64,000 nucleotides of DNA, from assembly GCA_964035545.1 (NCBI GenBank), contig OZ037767.1, positions 12,224,581 to 12,288,580 on the forward strand, read 5' to 3'. Every line of letters begins with the position of its first letter. The first letter of the stretch is position 1. The position numbers and the translations under genes were made by a program. This document shows positions 52,883-64,000 of this stretch, piece after piece. Origin of the DNA: Bugula neritina. Taxonomy: Eukaryota > Animalia > Bryozoa. The notes under the pieces are model-generated. The model saw only the letters and a program-made list of their open reading frames with translations, was not told the DNA's origin and ran no database searches.

Positions 52883-64000
<11,118 letters not shown>

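Overview
AT-rich, intron-rich animal genomic DNA, probably invertebrate; the species cannot be determined from the sequence. I assembled five protein-coding genes by hand from splice sites and reading phase. (1) CEP170-like FHA-domain centrosomal gene, minus strand, 17 coding exons from ATG 23423 to 1789, probably continuing beyond the window start; it contains a U12-type AT-AC intron. (2) CYP26-like cytochrome P450, plus strand, 8 exons, 30735-37832, with an atypical I-helix and heme loop and a GC-AG intron. (3) RNF145/RNF139(TRC8)-like membrane RING-H2 ligase, minus strand, 41468-42924. (4) RNF113A/Cwc24, minus strand, 7 exons, 52883-59722. (5) The 5' part of EML5/6, plus strand, from 60029, head-to-head with RNF113A. 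The rest holds many unrelated minisatellites, concentrated in CEP170 introns next to splice sites, plus three MITE-like foldback elements and tRNA-derived SINE fragments. Most long ORFs in the ORF track are translated minisatellites. The most notable signals are the P450 lacking the oxygen-activating Thr, the AT-AC intron, a minisatellite made of copies of the adjacent splice donor, an inverted (hairpin-forming) minisatellite, and clustered uATGs on CEP170. Comparisons with human proteins are from memory, not database searches.
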